From Candidatus Woesebacteria bacterium (lineage in GTDB: Bacteria; Patescibacteriota; Microgenomatia; UBA12405): DNA of 64,000 nt. Under the pieces are notes generated by a model. The model did no database searches. It was not told the DNA's origin and saw only the letters and a list, made by a program, of their open reading frames with translations. Both the position numbers and the translations under genes were made by a program. The DNA lies in assembly GCA_035402805.1 (NCBI GenBank), contig DAONDY010000001.1, positions 13,697 to 77,696 on the forward strand, written 5' to 3'. Positions 49,359-58,965 of this stretch are shown here, in pieces; positions within the stretch are counted from its first letter, which is position 1, and each line of letters begins with the position of its first letter.

Positions 49359-51566
49359 ATGGGTATTAATAGTTTTTGGCTGTTTTATATTGAAGCCGAC
49401 AGTATTTTAGTTTCTCTCATTAGTTGGGGAAATGGCCGCTATTATGTTGCTTCAATCGGTCCTAGAGTTGAATGTGACATCAATAATAAAGAATCACTTT
49501 TAAAAGCGGCTGATGAGTCCCTTTCCAGTGCTGCCGCCAGCGCCGATATTCCAGAAGATCAAGAACCGATGTTTGCTGGGCTAGTTATCCCTTCGTCTTG
49601 GGTGGGTCCAGATGGCAAAATTACTAAAGAAAAATCAGATATTATTTTGCCTCTTCTTAAAGAGCTTGACCTTAAACCATCAGGTTTTATGTCCAACGAT
49701 GAAGCCATTATTGAAGAATCAAACAAACCCGATGATTTTCCCGCTAGTTTCATTAATCTCTATTTAGAATCTAATGCCTTTGAATTATCTTTAATTTATC
49801 TTGGCAAAGTAAAAAAAAGAATCAGAAAAGTTTTTGACACCGAATTTAATGCCCAACTAGTCGAAGATTCTCTATTAGAATTAAATTCCGATTCAACCTT
49901 ACCTCCTCAAATTTATGTTTATGGTAAAGCTGATGATTTAGTTATCGAAAATCTTAAAAATTTTCCCTGGGTTGGTAAAAAAAATGTTGAAACTTTTCTC
50001 CATTTTCCCGAAATTAAACTCTATCAAGACCATGATTTAATAAATATTTTTTTTAAGGCCATCACTTCTCAAATGATTGGTGGGGGAAATCCTAATCATC
50101 AACCTCTTCCTCAGGCTGAAGATCAAGAACCAGAAGAGTCATTAGATTCAGAAGAATCACCAGAGCCAGAAGAGGTAAAAACAGTTGAAAATTTGGAAGA
50201 AGTTGAAGAGATTGAAGAAACGCCAGAAGTGTCAGAACCTTCAGAAGAAAATTTAGAAGAAGTTTCTTTTAGCGATTTAGGTTTTGCCAAAGAAGAAGCT
50301 GTTGTTGTTCCTCCTCGAGAGATTTTCAATATTGAACCTATCAATACTGAGCCTGTCGAAGCACCTAAACCAGAGAAAAAACCAATTTCTTTTAATTTTC
50401 CTAAAATAAAATTTAAGCTTCCCAAATTTAAAAATAATTTTTTGCTTTTTATTTTTCCCATCGCTTTAGTCATTCTTTTTCTACCCATTCTATTTTCCAA
50501 AGCCAATATCGTTCTTTTTGTTACTCCATACGAATTTAATAAAACAGTTAACGTTACTCTTGATTCTAATGCCACCAGTCTCACTTCCTCAGTCATTCCC
50601 GTCGACAAAAAAACAGTTACTATAAATTCTTCTGTTACTATCAAAACCACTGGCCAAAAAGTTATCGGTAATAAAGCCACTGGTGAAATTACTATTTTTA
50701 ATAAAGTTGAAAAAGTTCAAAGTATCCCTAAAGGTTCAATTTTAATTGATTCTAAAAATCAAAAATTTGAATTGATGAGTGCTGTCCAGGTCGCTTCTAG
50801 CAGCTCTAATTTTAATGCTAATCCGCCAACCATGGTTCTCGGTCAATTGAAAACTGTAATTTCCGCCAGTGATATTGGGCCTGAATACAATATTCCCAAA
50901 GAGACCACTTTACATTTTAAAGATTTTCCCGAAACTTCAATTATTGTTAAAAGCAATACTGATTTTACTGGGGGAACTAAAGAACAAATTGGTGCCGTCA
51001 GCCAACAGGATAAAGTTGCCGCTGAGGCTCAGTTAGCTTTGAAATTAAAAGAAGAAGCCGATCAAAAAATAAGCCAGGAATTTAATACTTCAAATAATGC
51101 CATTAAAGAGACTATTCAAACCAAAAAAGGTAAAACTGAACTCAATCGTGAAGTAGGGGAGGAAACTGATGAACTAACTGCCAGTGCCGATTCGACTGTC
51201 AGTGTTTTTGTTTTTAAACCCGAGTTAAAAAATCAAATACTAGCTCAATTATTATCATCAGAAACTGGTTATTCTGATTCTGATATAAATCCCGACTCTT
51301 TCGTTTTCACCTTAAAAATCGATAAATTAGATTCCAACAAGGCCACTGGTAGTTTAAATATTAAAGGTTCTTCTCTGCCAAAAATTAACGTTGAATTGCT
51401 TAAGAAAAATATTTCCGCTAAAACTACCAAAAAAGCTCAAGAAATTATTAAAAAAACTATCAGCCGTGTCTATGATTATAATTTAAAAATTACTTTTAAA
51501 ATTTTTAATATTTTACCTTTAAACACAAAGAATATTTTTATTGATGTTAAAAACGAATCACCGTGA
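49359..51566 (+). CDS. bitopic protein: FtsA/PilM-like N-domain, acidic linker, TM and baseplate-J-like C-domain
   Basis: C-terminal TG...G.KATG.ITIFN...IPKG...G..YNI...FTGG pattern of baseplate J/gp47-like proteins; the N-terminal actin-fold-like pattern is inference. Confidence 0.65.
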   Translation: MGINSFWLFYIEADSILVSLISWGNGRYYVASIGPRVECDINNKESLLKAADESLSSAAASADIPEDQEPMFAGLVIPSSWVGPDGKITKEKSDIILPLLKELDLKPSGFMSNDEAIIEESNKPDDFPASFINLYLESNAFELSLIYLGKVKKRIRKVFDTEFNAQLVEDSLLELNSDSTLPPQIYVYGKADDLVIENLKNFPWVGKKNVETFLHFPEIKLYQDHDLINIFFKAITSQMIGGGNPNHQPLPQAEDQEPEESLDSEESPEPEEVKTVENLEEVEEIEETPEVSEPSEENLEEVSFSDLGFAKEEAVVVPPREIFNIEPINTEPVEAPKPEKKPISFNFPKIKFKLPKFKNNFLLFIFPIALVILFLPILFSKANIVLFVTPYEFNKTVNVTLDSNATSLTSSVIPVDKKTVTINSSVTIKTTGQKVIGNKATGEITIFNKVEKVQSIPKGSILIDSKNQKFELMSAVQVASSSSNFNANPPTMVLGQLKTVISASDIGPEYNIPKETTLHFKDFPETSIIVKSNTDFTGGTKEQIGAVSQQDKVAAEAQLALKLKEEADQKISQEFNTSNNAIKETIQTKKGKTELNREVGEETDELTASADSTVSVFVFKPELKNQILAQLLSSETGYSDSDINPDSFVFTLKIDKLDSNKATGSLNIKGSSLPKINVELLKKNISAKTTKKAQEIIKKTISRVYDYNLKITFKIFNILPLNTKNIFIDVKNESP

Positions 51567-52282
51567 GCTATCTTTATCTTAAAAAAAATACCCCCTCCCC
51601 AAAAAATAAATCGACCGCCAAAAAGAAAAAAATGGCTACTATCTTTCTGGTCATTGGTTTAGTCTTTTTCTTTTCAGCTCTTTTCCCCATTCTTAAGTTT
51701 CAACTCCAGTCTTCGCTTAATTTCAGTCAAATGATTAACCCTCTTTCTTTAAAATCTTACAGCGGTTCTCAAAATATTTTAGGCACAGTTACTACCGATT
51801 ACACTCAAATGGCTAATTGGTTTGTTGCCGATTCTAGCGAAAATAATCAGCTTTTTTCCAATAACAATAACTTAACTTATAAAATTTCTATTCCTAAATT
51901 AAAAATTAAAGATGCCGTTGTGACTATTGGTAGTATGGATTTAAAAAAAAGTTTAATTCAATATCCCCAAACGGCTCTTCCTGGTCAACTTGGAAATACT
52001 GTCGTTTTCGGACACTCAGTTTTGCCTCAATTTTTTAATCCAAACAATTATCTAACCATTTTTTCTACCCTCTATAAGTTAAAACAGGGAGATGAAATAT
52101 TTATTGAATACGATAGCGTCCAATATAAATATATTATTAATGAAATGTTCGAAGTTAAACCCACCGACCTTTCGGTTCTTGAACAACGTTTTGATCAAAA
52201 AAATTTGACTCTTATAACTTGCAGTCCCCCAGGCACTTATCTTCGCCGTCTTATCATTAAAGCCAGTTTGAGCATTAATTAA
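51563..52282 (+). CDS. sortase
   Basis: N-terminal TM, ISIPKL, PG..GNTVVFGHS, F..L..L..GD.I, LTLITC.PPG....RL (His/Cys/Arg triad). Confidence 0.93.
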   Translation: MSYLYLKKNTPSPKNKSTAKKKKMATIFLVIGLVFFFSALFPILKFQLQSSLNFSQMINPLSLKSYSGSQNILGTVTTDYTQMANWFVADSSENNQLFSNNNNLTYKISIPKLKIKDAVVTIGSMDLKKSLIQYPQTALPGQLGNTVVFGHSVLPQFFNPNNYLTIFSTLYKLKQGDEIFIEYDSVQYKYIINEMFEVKPTDLSVLEQRFDQKNLTLITCSPPGTYLRRLIIKASLSIN

Positions 52283-52330
52283 AATCCTCTCTGTCACTTT
52301 GTGACATCTCCCCTTAACAAAGGGAGAAGT
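52281..52330 (-). repeat. double-hairpin REP-like element, copy D (overlaps the DUF559 3' end)
   Basis: Reverse complement ACTTCTCCCTTTGTTAAGGGGAGATGTCACAAAGTGACAGAGAGGATTTT. Confidence 0.92.
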
Positions 52331-52683
52331 CTTTCTAAAACTTTATCAAAGTTATTCAATATTTCATCGTTAGTAAATCTGATGGTTTTAATATTTACTG
52401 CCTTTAAATATTGATCTCTTAACAAATCATAGTTTTTCTTTTTATTATGTGAACCACCATCAATTTCAATACATAACGATAATTCACGACAATAAAAATC
52501 TAAAATAAATCTAAACATTGGTTTCTGTCTTAAAAATCTATATTTACTTTTTCTTAAATATCTCCACATTACATATTCTGCATCTGTTGGATTCTTTCTG
52601 TTATTTATAGTTAATACTTTTAATTCTTCTAAATACCTAATATGACCCTTTTGTGTTACATAATTATCATCTGTAAATTTCAT
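52294..52683 (-). CDS. DUF559 / Vsr-like endonuclease
   Basis: RKNPTDAE..MW.YLR...FLRQKP...FILDFYC....L.IEIDGGSH.....YD..RD.YL....I.TIRFTN.EI. Confidence 0.93.
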   Translation of the reverse strand: MKFTDDNYVTQKGHIRYLEELKVLTINNRKNPTDAEYVMWRYLRKSKYRFLRQKPMFRFILDFYCRELSLCIEIDGGSHNKKKNYDLLRDQYLKAVNIKTIRFTNDEILNNFDKVLERLLPLLRGDVTK

Positions 52684-52704
52684 TACAAATAAGTATATAA
52701 AAGA

Positions 52705-52753
52705 TTTCCTCCCTTGATAAGGGAGGATACCGGTTTACCCGGAGGAAGGATTT
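52705..52753 (+). repeat. double-hairpin REP-like element, divergent copy E (upstream of DUF559)
   Basis: TTTCCTCCCTT-GAT-AAGGGAGGA-TA-CCGG-TTTAC-CCGG-AGGAAGGATTT; same hairpin-hairpin-purine-tail layout. Confidence 0.8.
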
Positions 52754-52807
52754 AAAAAAAAGCCCTGAAATGAATATTCAAACTTGAAGGTTTGTTATAA
52801 TCCTCCT

Positions 52808-53179
52808 ATGAATTATCTTTCTATTGATTATGGCACTAAAAATATTGGTCTAGCTGTTTCCATTCTTAATATTATTACTCCGATTCCTGCCATTAAAAAT
52901 GATGATCAGGTTATTGAAAATATTAAAAAAATTATTACCGATTACAAAATCGATAAAATTTATATTGGCGTCTCTGAAGGTCGCTTCGCCGATATCACCA
53001 AAACTTTCATCGACAAGCTTCGTTCTATGTTAAAATTAGATATAGAAACAGTCGAAGAAGCTGTTAGCACCATCGAAGCTCAGCAGATTTACATTAAAAA
53101 TAAAAATAAAAAGAAAGATTACAAAAAATTAATTGACTCGGTGGCCGCCGCAGTTATTTTAAGAAGAGTAGTAGATTAA
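52808..53179 (+). CDS. ruvX: Holliday junction resolvase-like / pre-16S rRNA nuclease YqgF
   Basis: YLSIDYGTKNIGLA, IYIG, EE..ST.EA, IDSVAAAVIL; start revised to 52808, 6 nt below TGTTATAAT. Confidence 0.9.
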   Translation: MNYLSIDYGTKNIGLAVSILNIITPIPAIKNDDQVIENIKKIITDYKIDKIYIGVSEGRFADITKTFIDKLRSMLKLDIETVEEAVSTIEAQQIYIKNKNKKKDYKKLIDSVAAAVILRRVVD

Positions 53180-53194
53180 TAGTTTAATAAAATT

Positions 53195-53392
53195 ATGATC
53201 AAAAACCTAATTTCCCCCATCCAAGCCTGGTTATTATCACAGGGTCGTTGCGTTGGCTGTGGCACTTCACTTTCTCATGGTGCCAAAAAAGATGTCAGAG
53301 GCAAAACCACTGTCACCTGTAGATGCGGTCGTATTTTTATTTATGACGGTGTCAAGGGCACTTATCGTCGAGCTTTATTTGACGAAATCTAA
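53195..53392 (+). CDS. small zinc-ribbon protein
   Basis: CVGCG...CRCG; lies in-operon between ruvX and mltG. Confidence 0.75.
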   Translation: MIKNLISPIQAWLLSQGRCVGCGTSLSHGAKKDVRGKTTVTCRCGRIFIYDGVKGTYRRALFDEI

Positions 53393-53394
53393 AA

Positions 53395-54309
53395 ATGGCT
53401 CGGGTTTTTGCAATTATTAGCCTTTCTGTCGTTATTTTATTAGCGGGTATTTTTTCCTATCTAAAAGTTAATAATCGAGCCGTTTCCGCCGATACTTCCA
53501 ATATTATGTTTACCATCAAAGATGGTGACAGCTTGGTAAATATTTCCAAAAATCTAGAATCAAAATCATTAATTAGAAATAAATATTCCTTTTTATTTTA
53601 TGCCTACACTTTGGGATTAAATAAAAAAATCCAAGCGGGGACTTTTCGTCTTTCTCCTTCTTTATCTACTAAAGATTTAATCGTCAAGCTTTCCAAAGGC
53701 GGTGTTAGTGATTATTGGTTAAAAATCATTGAAGGTACTAGAGTTGAAGAGAACGATGTAAAAAATGCCAAAGAAGGCTATCTTTTTCCCGACAGTTATT
53801 TAATTCCTACTTATTACACCGCCGATCAAATTCTCCAAGTTATTCAATCAAATTTTGATAAAAAATTTGCTCAAGCCAAAGAGGGGGCTACTAATAAAAA
53901 ACTAACCGACAAAGAAATTGTTATTTTTGCCTCGATTTTGGAAAGAGAAGCCAGAAGTTTAAAGTCCAAACAGGAAGTAGCGGGTATTCTTTTAAATCGC
54001 CTCGAAATTGGTATGGCTTTACAAGTCGATGCTTCGGTTCAATATGCTCGTGACACTAAAAATAAACCAAAAAAATATTGGGAACCACTTTCTAAAGCCG
54101 ATATTTCCATTATTTCTCCATTTAATACCTACAAAAACCCAGGTCTTCTACCGTCTCCCATTTGTAATCCAGGCTATGATGCAATTTATGCCGCTTTTCA
54201 TCCAACTGCGTCCAATTATCTGTATTACATCACTGGTAACGATAATTTAATGCACTATGCCGTCACTCTCGATCAGCACAATTCTAACATCGCCAACTAT
54301 CTAAAATAA
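53395..54309 (+). CDS. mltG: endolytic transglycosylase MltG
   Basis: EGYLFPDSY, ASILEREA, NRL..GM.LQVDA, SPFNTY..PGL.P.PI.NPG, YLYY. Confidence 0.95.
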   Translation: MARVFAIISLSVVILLAGIFSYLKVNNRAVSADTSNIMFTIKDGDSLVNISKNLESKSLIRNKYSFLFYAYTLGLNKKIQAGTFRLSPSLSTKDLIVKLSKGGVSDYWLKIIEGTRVEENDVKNAKEGYLFPDSYLIPTYYTADQILQVIQSNFDKKFAQAKEGATNKKLTDKEIVIFASILEREARSLKSKQEVAGILLNRLEIGMALQVDASVQYARDTKNKPKKYWEPLSKADISIISPFNTYKNPGLLPSPICNPGYDAIYAAFHPTASNYLYYITGNDNLMHYAVTLDQHNSNIANYLK

Positions 54310-54431
54310 TCTCAGCTATTTTTCAGTTTTTCATTCTCAATTTGCCGGTTTTTAATATACATCTGATATGTATAAAACTTATACTGTCAGTATGTAATAA
54401 ATGTGTACAATTTAATTTTTAACCTAAAACA

Positions 54432-54460
54432 TTGACAATTTTACACTTTATAGATATAAT
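54432..54460 (+). promoter_or_regulatory. consensus sigma70 promoter
   Basis: TTGACA (54432-37), 17 bp, TATAAT (54455-60). Confidence 0.85.
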
Positions 54461-54491
54461 AATCACTATATTATAGGTTCTATAAAACAAG

Positions 54492-55532
54492 ATGTCTAAA
54501 GAATCAAATGATAGAATAATCGCTGGTGGTTTAGCTGTATTAAGCCTCGCTACCGGTGCTTATGCAATTGATAAAAAACCAAATTCTTTCCCTTCTGAAC
54601 CCAGTGTTAGTAGAGTTTCGCCTGGTGTAAATAATTCAGAAGAAGTTTATTCTTCAAAGTTAGTTTCGGAAGTTTACAGTCCAAGCCAAGAATCAAAAGT
54701 TTCTAGTGTAGAACCAAAAAAAGTATCTATCCCTGAAACAAAATCGGAAGTTTCTAGCGTAACAGAGCCAGTTTCCTCTCAAGTTGTCAGTTCTAAGCCA
54801 GAAGAAATAACTTCTTCCACACCGGAAGTTTATTTTCCCTCAGTAGAAGTTGGCGAATTAGAAAATGTCACCGTTATTGAATATGGCAAAAGTGAATTAG
54901 GACGCCCACTCGAAGTAATGTTGATTAAACCAACAAAAGAAGTAAAAAAAACAGTATTGCTTACTTTTGAAATACATGGTTTTGAAGGTTCTTATCCCAG
55001 AGATGGTCAAGTTTTAGTAGATCTAGGTAATGAGTTAGTTAAATATTTTTCCCAAAATCCAGATAAACTTGGCAACACTGCTCTTTATGTTGTTCCGTCA
55101 GCTAATCCAGACGGATTGATCGATGGCAACACTGACAATGGTTTTGGTAGATGTCAGGCATCAGGAATCGATATTAATCGAGATTTTGATTATCGTTGGA
55201 AAAAAGAAACCTCTAGTTTGTATAAAACTCTTTCTCCATTTTCTTCTCCAGAATCACGAGCTTTACGTGATTTAGTTGTAGATATTAAACCAAATGATGT
55301 TATTGATTTTCATGGTTGGTTTTCTACCAGTTATGGAAACACTGAACTTTGTGAAATTTTTAATCGTTTGGGCGTTAGGCGAAGTAACTGCCTTGGAACT
55401 CCTGGATATTGGACTAGTTATGCTAAAAAATATTGTGAACGTGTTGCTTTAATAGAGTTACGTGATCCAAAGTCAAGTCCAACCGATCCTCAAAAACTAA
55501 TCGAGGCAGTCACTTATCTATGTGCTGAGTAA
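54492..55532 (+). CDS. exported/membrane-anchored M14 zinc carboxypeptidase (MpaA-like) on an S/P/E-rich stalk
   Basis: N-terminal hydrophobic segment; GKS..GRPL, IHGFE (HxxE), NPDG, DINRDF, PESRAL, IDFHG. Confidence 0.88.
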   Translation: MSKESNDRIIAGGLAVLSLATGAYAIDKKPNSFPSEPSVSRVSPGVNNSEEVYSSKLVSEVYSPSQESKVSSVEPKKVSIPETKSEVSSVTEPVSSQVVSSKPEEITSSTPEVYFPSVEVGELENVTVIEYGKSELGRPLEVMLIKPTKEVKKTVLLTFEIHGFEGSYPRDGQVLVDLGNELVKYFSQNPDKLGNTALYVVPSANPDGLIDGNTDNGFGRCQASGIDINRDFDYRWKKETSSLYKTLSPFSSPESRALRDLVVDIKPNDVIDFHGWFSTSYGNTELCEIFNRLGVRRSNCLGTPGYWTSYAKKYCERVALIELRDPKSSPTDPQKLIEAVTYLCAE

Positions 55533-55607
55533 TTTTGTTGTAGAAATTTGGTGTTTTTAAGAACGTCTGTTTACTTTTGAAACGGAATAGTCTATATTTT
55601 TATATAA

Positions 55608-56792
55608 ATGCTTGATGATTTAAATAGAGACAATTACCAAAGTGATTTACCGACAGGGAAAGCTAAAATACCCAAATTTTTGTACATCACTGTTATTTTT
55701 CTATTAATTTTAATTTTATTTATCTTCGGATTTAATCTGTATTTAAAAAAAACAAAAGAGATAAAAAACAGCCAGACAACAAACCAGACCGATTCAACAT
55801 TAATTTCCAGTCAAGAAGCAGTTAATATAACTAAAAAAACACAAAGCTGGATCAGTTCTCAAAAAAACGAAGAAGGTATTTATCGTTTTGGATGTGAGTG
55901 TTTAGATGAGTTTTGCCAGCAATGCAAACAAAGTGTGTATTCTCCAAGAGTTATTCCTTTTGTATTGTGGAGTAAATTTAAATATGCCGAAAGTAGCAGT
56001 AATTTTAATGATTTTGTCAAGGAAGTAGAATTATCTCAAAATAGTGTCAAAGAACATTCGTTACAATATTCAGGATGGAACTGTAAATTGCTTTATGAAA
56101 CATGGAAAAGTGATAGTTTATCCCAGACAACCAAAGACCAGATTAAAAATATTTGTATCAAGAGTGAATACGAATTTGAAGATGGATTAAAACTTCCATC
56201 AAACTTAGATCAAACCCTATTAACTAACATAAAAAATATAAAAACCAATAAACCCTTGTCAGAAGTTAGTAATCAAGATCAGTTAAAGAATTTTTTTTAT
56301 AATAATTCTTTTCTTGTTTCGGAAATGGTAACCAGACATTTATGGAGTGAAATAACACACTATGTTTATTTAGAAAGTAATTTATCTGAAACTGATTTGG
56401 CAAAAATATATTTTGATAAAGCATTAAAAGGTTATTTTCTAAAAGAAAAATTAGGAGTTAAAGAAAATGCGGTTTTAGGAATAGCCGCCATTGATATGTA
56501 CAAACTGACTAAAGATGAAACTTATTTAGATTTTTCTAAATATCTTTTAAATTTAAAACCAGAAATAGGCAATAATTCATCTTATAACTTGATTTATCAA
56601 GCTTTGTTAGCTCGTGAATTAGCTATAGTTAGCCAGGATAAATCATATGAATCAATCTTTAAAACAACTGTTTCCAATATTGTTAAATATAATAAATCAA
56701 ATAGCTACCAAGAAGGTGCTTTCAAAGCGCCAAGTGAGGCTTTTTATTTAACGGAAAATAGTTTAATTTCTGGTTTAATTTCAATGTTATGA
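55608..56792 (+). CDS. membrane-anchored hypothetical protein, probably an alpha/alpha-toroid
   Basis: Single TM; Cys cluster; AIDMYKLTKDETYL repeat-like motif seen in six-hairpin glycosidase/LanC folds (weak). Confidence 0.6.
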   Translation: MLDDLNRDNYQSDLPTGKAKIPKFLYITVIFLLILILFIFGFNLYLKKTKEIKNSQTTNQTDSTLISSQEAVNITKKTQSWISSQKNEEGIYRFGCECLDEFCQQCKQSVYSPRVIPFVLWSKFKYAESSSNFNDFVKEVELSQNSVKEHSLQYSGWNCKLLYETWKSDSLSQTTKDQIKNICIKSEYEFEDGLKLPSNLDQTLLTNIKNIKTNKPLSEVSNQDQLKNFFYNNSFLVSEMVTRHLWSEITHYVYLESNLSETDLAKIYFDKALKGYFLKEKLGVKENAVLGIAAIDMYKLTKDETYLDFSKYLLNLKPEIGNNSSYNLIYQALLARELAIVSQDKSYESIFKTTVSNIVKYNKSNSYQEGAFKAPSEAFYLTENSLISGLISML

Positions 56793-58963
56793 AAAAGAAA
56801 ATTATTTTATATTTTATATTTTTATTATCTTTTTTGTTAATAAATAAAACAGAAGTTTTTGCGTGGTCATGTTGTAAGACAAATGCCAGTACTGGTGGAT
56901 GTGGTTATTGTGTTGTTAGTGGTGGGCGTGATTATCAAACCTTAGCACAACGTTGTGGTGAAGGTGCCCCATGGTGCCAAACAGCCACTCCTGTTTGCGG
57001 TATTGGTTGGAGTCCGTCATGTGTTAGTGGTGATTGTAATTCTTGTACCCTGTCTTGTAATGACTGTGACAATACAACTACTTGCTATCAGGAAAAAACA
57101 GATTGTCTTTGTAATCATTCAGAAATGTTAAAGCTTCTTACAACAGAATCTTATACTGCCACTGGTCCAAATTGTCTGCCCAAAGTATGTCCTGGTTTAA
57201 AAACAGCACAGGTATTCAGTGGTACCACCACAGAAACTAATACAATAACCCAATATTGTTTTACTAGTACTCGAATAAAAGATTCAACCGATTCTACTAC
57301 AAATACTTATTCTAGTCAGTCTGAATGTCTCTATTGGCGTTCTCAAGTTGGTAGCACCGATATTGAAACCTATACTGATTGTGTAGATTGTAGCTATACT
57401 ATCATTACTGAAGCAACTAACACCCCCTACGATCCTCCATGTTATGAAAATATTTCCCCATCTTGTTCTAGCCTTCCCGGTGGATGTTTGTCTGGCTATA
57501 CTGGTTGGACAGACCAAACAGGTACTGACGGAACATATAATTGGAATTGTTATGGATCTTGTCCTGGAACTTCTACAAGTTGTTCGGCTAGCTCCAACTA
57601 CCCCCCAGTCATAGATTCTTTAATTATTGTAAACTACCTAGGGGATATTGTTGATGTTGAATCTGACAATCGAAATCAAATTTGTCAAAATGAATTTAAG
57701 GGTAGTCGTAAGGTTACTTTTATCATAATGGCCGGTGATCAAGACGGTGATGCACTTAATTATTCATTGTCTTTAGGCACAAATGTTATAGCAGATAAAG
57801 TTTCTACGAATTCAATTACTTTTACTTTTCCAGACGATTCCACTTGGAATAATAGTTCTGCACAAATAATCACTGCTACTGTTACTGATAGCCATGGTGC
57901 TTCCGCTTCAAATAAATCGAGGTCTCTTAAAGTTTGGGATTGTAAAGTTGATATTAGTGGCAAATTTTACGATGGTTCAGCTGGGCTTAACTGTCCAACT
58001 ACTGGATTTAGTACTCCAGCCGACAAAGCAGTTCTTAATTTAACCACTTTAGCTTTTTCAAAAAATTCTGTTCCTATAGATATGAATGTTGATTCAGATG
58101 GTATTAGCTATACCAGCGGTGTTAATGCTTTAATTTGGGGTACTGATGGTTATATTCCTCAATTTAATTCAGACATTGCTTTAAGTGACCAAAAAATGAA
58201 ATCCCAAAGTTCTTCGTCTGCTACTATGTCTTGTGATTGGTGGATTGATACTACCGATGTTGATCCTTATACTGCAGATCCTTCTTTTACTGCTGATTTT
58301 TCTGGAGTTGCTAATAAAGATCCTTGGTGGCAAACCAAATTTGGTGGGGTAGTTAGTAACAATCGGGTTATTAATCGGGTTCCAAATACTTGTTCCGATT
58401 GCAAAATGAGTCCGTCTGGTCTCGTTTCTGCCCCTAACATTACCAATTCTGGACTTTCACTTAGCAATGCTCAGCCTTGGTATTACAAATCAACTGCCGC
58501 TAAATTATCCGTTAATAACACGGATTATAGCTACTTTTTAACTCAATACCACGACAAAAACAATATTGGTGTCGTTTTATCTGGTAATAAAAGTATTGCT
58601 GATGTTGGAACAAATGGCATTTATTTTGTTGATGGTAATTTAACTATTGATAATAATCTCGTTAAGACTGGAAATTTCTTAATGATAATCGTCAAAGGGG
58701 ATATTTCAGTTACCGAAAATGTTACTCGGGTTGATGGTATCTTGGTGGCTAATAATATTATTGCTGCTGGGATTAATTCTTCTCCTTTAAACTTTAACGG
58801 CAGTCTTTACGCCGCCGATAGTACTAATCTTTCTGGCCGAAGTTTAGGTGGATCAGCTAATAATTCCAGTCCAGCTGTAATTGTTAAATATGATCCAGAA
58901 ATGATTTTTAATATTCCAGAATCTTTAGCTAAAGTTTTAACTAGTTGGCAATGGGGAAATTAA
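56789..58963 (+). CDS. large secreted Cys-rich surface protein with Ig-like and C-terminal beta-solenoid-like domains
   Basis: Signal peptide ending VFA; >35 Cys in the N-half; N.PP.I...D.DGD Ig-like segment; PWWQ..G.V and I.V.GDI.....V..VDGI.VA C-terminus. Confidence 0.75.
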   Translation: MKKKIILYFIFLLSFLLINKTEVFAWSCCKTNASTGGCGYCVVSGGRDYQTLAQRCGEGAPWCQTATPVCGIGWSPSCVSGDCNSCTLSCNDCDNTTTCYQEKTDCLCNHSEMLKLLTTESYTATGPNCLPKVCPGLKTAQVFSGTTTETNTITQYCFTSTRIKDSTDSTTNTYSSQSECLYWRSQVGSTDIETYTDCVDCSYTIITEATNTPYDPPCYENISPSCSSLPGGCLSGYTGWTDQTGTDGTYNWNCYGSCPGTSTSCSASSNYPPVIDSLIIVNYLGDIVDVESDNRNQICQNEFKGSRKVTFIIMAGDQDGDALNYSLSLGTNVIADKVSTNSITFTFPDDSTWNNSSAQIITATVTDSHGASASNKSRSLKVWDCKVDISGKFYDGSAGLNCPTTGFSTPADKAVLNLTTLAFSKNSVPIDMNVDSDGISYTSGVNALIWGTDGYIPQFNSDIALSDQKMKSQSSSSATMSCDWWIDTTDVDPYTADPSFTADFSGVANKDPWWQTKFGGVVSNNRVINRVPNTCSDCKMSPSGLVSAPNITNSGLSLSNAQPWYYKSTAAKLSVNNTDYSYFLTQYHDKNNIGVVLSGNKSIADVGTNGIYFVDGNLTIDNNLVKTGNFLMIIVKGDISVTENVTRVDGILVANNIIAAGINSSPLNFNGSLYAADSTNLSGRSLGGSANNSSPAVIVKYDPEMIFNIPESLAKVLTSWQWGN

Positions 58964-58965
58964 TT

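Noticed and set aside
49359-51566. Prophage or contractile injection system suggested by the baseplate-J-like domain
   Set aside because: No sheath, tube, terminase, capsid or integrase genes nearby; the protein has a TM segment and housekeeping neighbours.
14862-52753. Repeat copies interpreted as a CRISPR array or IS ends
   Set aside because: Copies are dispersed, with no regular spacers, no cas genes, no transposase and no evident target-site duplications.
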